DNA of 64,000 nucleotides from an uncultured delta proteobacterium (GTDB lineage Bacteria; Myxococcota_A; Polyangia; Polyangiales; Polyangiaceae), in assembly GCA_963696385.1 (NCBI GenBank), contig CAVOKF010000004.1, positions 256,001 through 320,000 on the forward strand. Direction: 5' to 3'. Position 1 is the first letter of the stretch. The number at the start of each line of letters is the position of its first letter. Positions 61,337 to 64,000 of the stretch are shown here, piece by piece. Under the pieces are notes generated by a model, which was not told the origin of the DNA, ran no database searches, and was given only the letters and a program-made list of their open reading frames with translations. The position numbers and the translations under genes are program-made.

Positions 61337-61957
61337 ATGCAATCCAGCTTCCTTCGGGCGAGGCTCGCGTCGGCCCTTGCGGTGTTTCCGCTGGGTGTCT
61401 GGACGTTCGTCCACATCTGGCACAACCTGTCGGCCTTCGAAGGGCCGGATGCGTGGCAGGCTTCGGTCACGCAATATCCGCACCCCGTCGCAGAAGTGAT
61501 GACGGCCATCGTCGTCCTTTTGCCCTTGGCGCTTCATGCGATCTGGGGAATCGGTCGGCTGATGACGAGCCGGCCGAACAATCTAAGGTACCGACACTAC
61601 GCGAACCTGAAGTACCTCTTGCAGCGCGTGACGGCGGTTGGGATCTTCTTGTTTGTCGGAGCTCATCTCTGGCTTGCGTTGATCCGGCCTCGGCTCGTCG
61701 AAGGGCACGCCGAGGCTTTCGCAGACATCGCGCACGAAATGCACTACCACGGGCCGACGCTCGTCACGTATTTGCTCGGTACCCTGGGTGTCGCGTATCA
61801 CTTGGCCAACGGCGTTCAGACGTCGTGTATGAGTTGGGGCCTTGTGTCCAGCCGGCGCGGACTGCAGCGGCTGGAGCGATGCGCCGTCGCCCTGTTGGTC
61901 GTGCTTTGGGCCATGTCGTGGGGGGCGGTGTATGCGCTCTGGACGGCGGGCGCCTAG
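61337..61957 (+). CDS. succinate dehydrogenase cytochrome b558 (Bacillus-type SdhC)-like protein
   Basis: five TMs with four spaced His (VHIWHN, LHAIWG, GAHLW, YHLANG), LQRVTA, SWG motifs. Confidence 0.75.
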   Translation: MQSSFLRARLASALAVFPLGVWTFVHIWHNLSAFEGPDAWQASVTQYPHPVAEVMTAIVVLLPLALHAIWGIGRLMTSRPNNLRYRHYANLKYLLQRVTAVGIFLFVGAHLWLALIRPRLVEGHAEAFADIAHEMHYHGPTLVTYLLGTLGVAYHLANGVQTSCMSWGLVSSRRGLQRLERCAVALLVVLWAMSWGAVYALWTAGA

Positions 61958-62086
61958 AGCTCGACCTGGCTCAGACCGGCCGCCGTGGCCGCCGCCGACC
62001 TGGCTAGAAGCTCGAGCGCGACTCTCTCTCTCTCTCGATCTCTAGGTCCGCGCTGGCCGCGATTCGAGCCGCCCTCTAGCGAGCCA

Positions 62087-62485
62087 TCAGACGACGCCGA
62101 GCAGCTTGTTCATCGACGCCTCGTCGGCGGGCGTAAATGGGTATTGATCGAATTCGGCGCTCGTCACCCATCGAAACGCGTTGACGTTGGCCGCTTGCAG
62201 CGTCCGGCTGACGAGTGTGCATTCGTACAGGAACAGGTCGACGACGTAGTGCTCGTACGGGTGGCTCACGAAGGAAATGAGCTTGCCCACCTCGATCTCC
62301 GCGCCGAGGCGGTGGCGCACTTCCCGTTTGAGCGCGTGCGAGTCCGTCTCCGCGTTCTCGACGCGCCCGCCGGGAAACTCCCACAGCAACGGCAGAACCG
62401 CGCTGGCTCGGCGCTGGGTGATGAGATACCGGCCGTCGGCCTCGAGCACGGCGGCCACGACACGAATTGTCCGAGCCGCGCCCAT
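62087..62485 (-). CDS. NUDIX hydrolase, MutT/NudG-like
   Basis: VVAAV, LITQR, WEFPGGRVENAETDSHALKREV, F.PAD. Confidence 0.9.
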   Translation of the reverse strand: MGAARTIRVVAAVLEADGRYLITQRRASAVLPLLWEFPGGRVENAETDSHALKREVRHRLGAEIEVGKLISFVSHPYEHYVVDLFLYECTLVSRTLQAANVNAFRWVTSAEFDQYPFTPADEASMNKLLGVV

Positions 62486-62576
62486 TGGACCAAGCGCTAG
62501 CCTATCACGCCGGGCGGTGGGTCCTATCGACACCCGGAAGGGCTGCGGTCCCGGGTGCAGCACGCGGTGACGTCGA

Positions 62577-63695
62577 TTAGACCGCTACGCGGAACAGCTG
62601 CTGTCCCATGAGCAGCACGTCGCCGGTGCGCACTTCCGCCTCCGTCGTGATCCTCATGAACGTGCCGTTCGAGCTGCCGAGATCCGTCAGGAACAATCGC
62701 TGCCCGTCCCACGAGAGACGGCAATGCAGCCCGGAGACGTAGCCGTCCTCGGGAAAAAGGATGTCGCCCCGCTCGCGGCCGAGGTGAACGCCGCTCTCGG
62801 GGACGGGAAACGCGTTGCCCGTGTCCTCGCGCCCGATGACGAGCGCAATCCGCCCGACGTAGCCTTTGCTCGGAGCTCCGAGCCGCTCGACGCCGTCGGC
62901 GGTGGGCGCCTGGGGCGCGAGCGGTTCGTACTTGATGATCTCCTGACCGATCCGGAAAATGTCGTTCGGTCGGAGCTCGACCGGCAGATCGCGACCGAGC
63001 TTCTTGTAGACGCCGTTGAGCGAGCCTTCGTCCTTGACGAACGCGCGGCCGGGTCCACCGGTCCGGAACGAAGCGTGCCGGGGCGACAGGTAGCTGTCTC
63101 CCGCAAAGATGGCCCCCGTTTCGCGTCCGACGACGCCTCCTCCCGGTACTTGGTACGTACCCGCCTCACTCCCATCGGCACGAAGCGCCGTCAGCACCAG
63201 CGCTCCGCTCGGAGCCTCGACGGGCGCTGCCGGTGGCGCCGCTCGCTGCGGTCCCGCGCCGAGGCGGAATCCACAGGAACCACAAAACAGGTTGGACGCC
63301 GTGTTCGTGTGCCCGCATTGAGGGCAAACGACCAAGCTCGCGGCCGGACTGCCGGCGCCCGGCGCGACGCCCGGCGAAACCGCCTGCGGCGCGGCCACGG
63401 GTTGCGGCTGCTGGGCGGGGCCGGCCGGGGCGGGCCCGGCGGCCGGCGCGCCTGGAGCGGCACCGCGCGTGGGCGAAGCGGCCGTGGCGGTGATCGCGAC
63501 GGTGCTCCCCAGCCCGAGCGGCGGGCCGGCGGCGACGGGACCGGGGGCGGAGGCCTGCGCTGCGCGCATGCCGTGCGGGGGCGTTTGCGGAGAAAACGGC
63601 TTGGGCGAAGCATCGCGAGGCAACTCCGCGCCACATCCGAGACAAAATTTATAGTGGTCTTGATTGTCCTTCGAGCACTTCGGACAGGTGATCAC
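62577..63695 (-). CDS. double zinc-ribbon + tandem FHA domain protein
   Basis: CPKC..FCLGCG and CPQC..FCGSCG; GRE...SPRH...SLNG and GRE...SGLH...DLGSSNGT. Confidence 0.9.
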   Translation of the reverse strand: MITCPKCSKDNQDHYKFCLGCGAELPRDASPKPFSPQTPPHGMRAAQASAPGPVAAGPPLGLGSTVAITATAASPTRGAAPGAPAAGPAPAGPAQQPQPVAAPQAVSPGVAPGAGSPAASLVVCPQCGHTNTASNLFCGSCGFRLGAGPQRAAPPAAPVEAPSGALVLTALRADGSEAGTYQVPGGGVVGRETGAIFAGDSYLSPRHASFRTGGPGRAFVKDEGSLNGVYKKLGRDLPVELRPNDIFRIGQEIIKYEPLAPQAPTADGVERLGAPSKGYVGRIALVIGREDTGNAFPVPESGVHLGRERGDILFPEDGYVSGLHCRLSWDGQRLFLTDLGSSNGTFMRITTEAEVRTGDVLLMGQQLFRVAV

Positions 63696-63817
63696 TCGGG
63701 CCTCCGCACGCGTTCGTCTCGAGCGATCGAGTATCTACGCCTCGGACCACCGGTCAAGCGTTGCCTCGATCTCACTCGATCGCGTGCGAGGTCGGACACA
63801 GTGGTAGCCTGCCTCGC

Positions 63818-64000
63818 ATGCCGAACGCCACGTTCCCAGCTATCGAGATCCAAGGCAAAGGTCAGCTCTATGCGCGTTTCGTCACCACCGAGGGCGACAT
63901 CGTCGTCCGATTGGAGGAGGAACGAGCCCCGAAAACGGTGCGCAACTTCGTCGGTCTTGCGACCGGGACGCAGGAGTGGGTGCATCCGCGAACCGGCAAG
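63818..64000 (+). CDS. cyclophilin-type peptidyl-prolyl isomerase, truncated by the window end
   Basis: hand translation MPNATFP...LYARFVTTEGDIVVRLEEERAPKTVRNFVGLATG; not in the ORF track. Confidence 0.85.
   Translation, partial: MPNATFPAIEIQGKGQLYARFVTTEGDIVVRLEEERAPKTVRNFVGLATGTQEWVHPRTGK

Overview
GC-rich chromosomal window, most likely from a myxobacterium of the Polyangiaceae/Sorangium type (inferred from the PEGA proteins, Ser/Thr kinase, FHA, PilZ and Asp-Ala-Gly-rich lipoproteins). It is mostly housekeeping: an SctQ/FliN-like gene, a ccmF-ccmH fusion operon, dnaN-recF-gyrB, clpB, trxC, a moxR-DUF58-transglutaminase trio, zapA-bioF-bioD, aroC and fused aroKB, dapF, pyrH, a KamA-family enzyme, pccB and tsaD. 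Four non-obvious signals stand out. (1) An oriC-like element lies directly upstream of dnaN with no dnaA beside it, and two parS sites sit at the bioF start and inside bioD. (2) Two tandem arrays of one palindromic repeat family (108-bp units at 42050-42426; 155-bp units at 49436-50099) point towards each other, each starts at the stop codon of its upstream gene, and together they bracket a ~7-kb block with Dam methylase, SNF2 ATPase, a YqhG-like Zn protein and ArsR-SRPBCC genes. (3) The second array carries copies of the 3' end of its host exonuclease gene in every unit. (4) Three genes have apparent single-base-insertion frameshifts, possibly assembly errors. No rRNA, tRNA, CRISPR or transposase was recognised. 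All calls come from reading motifs by eye; no searches were run.
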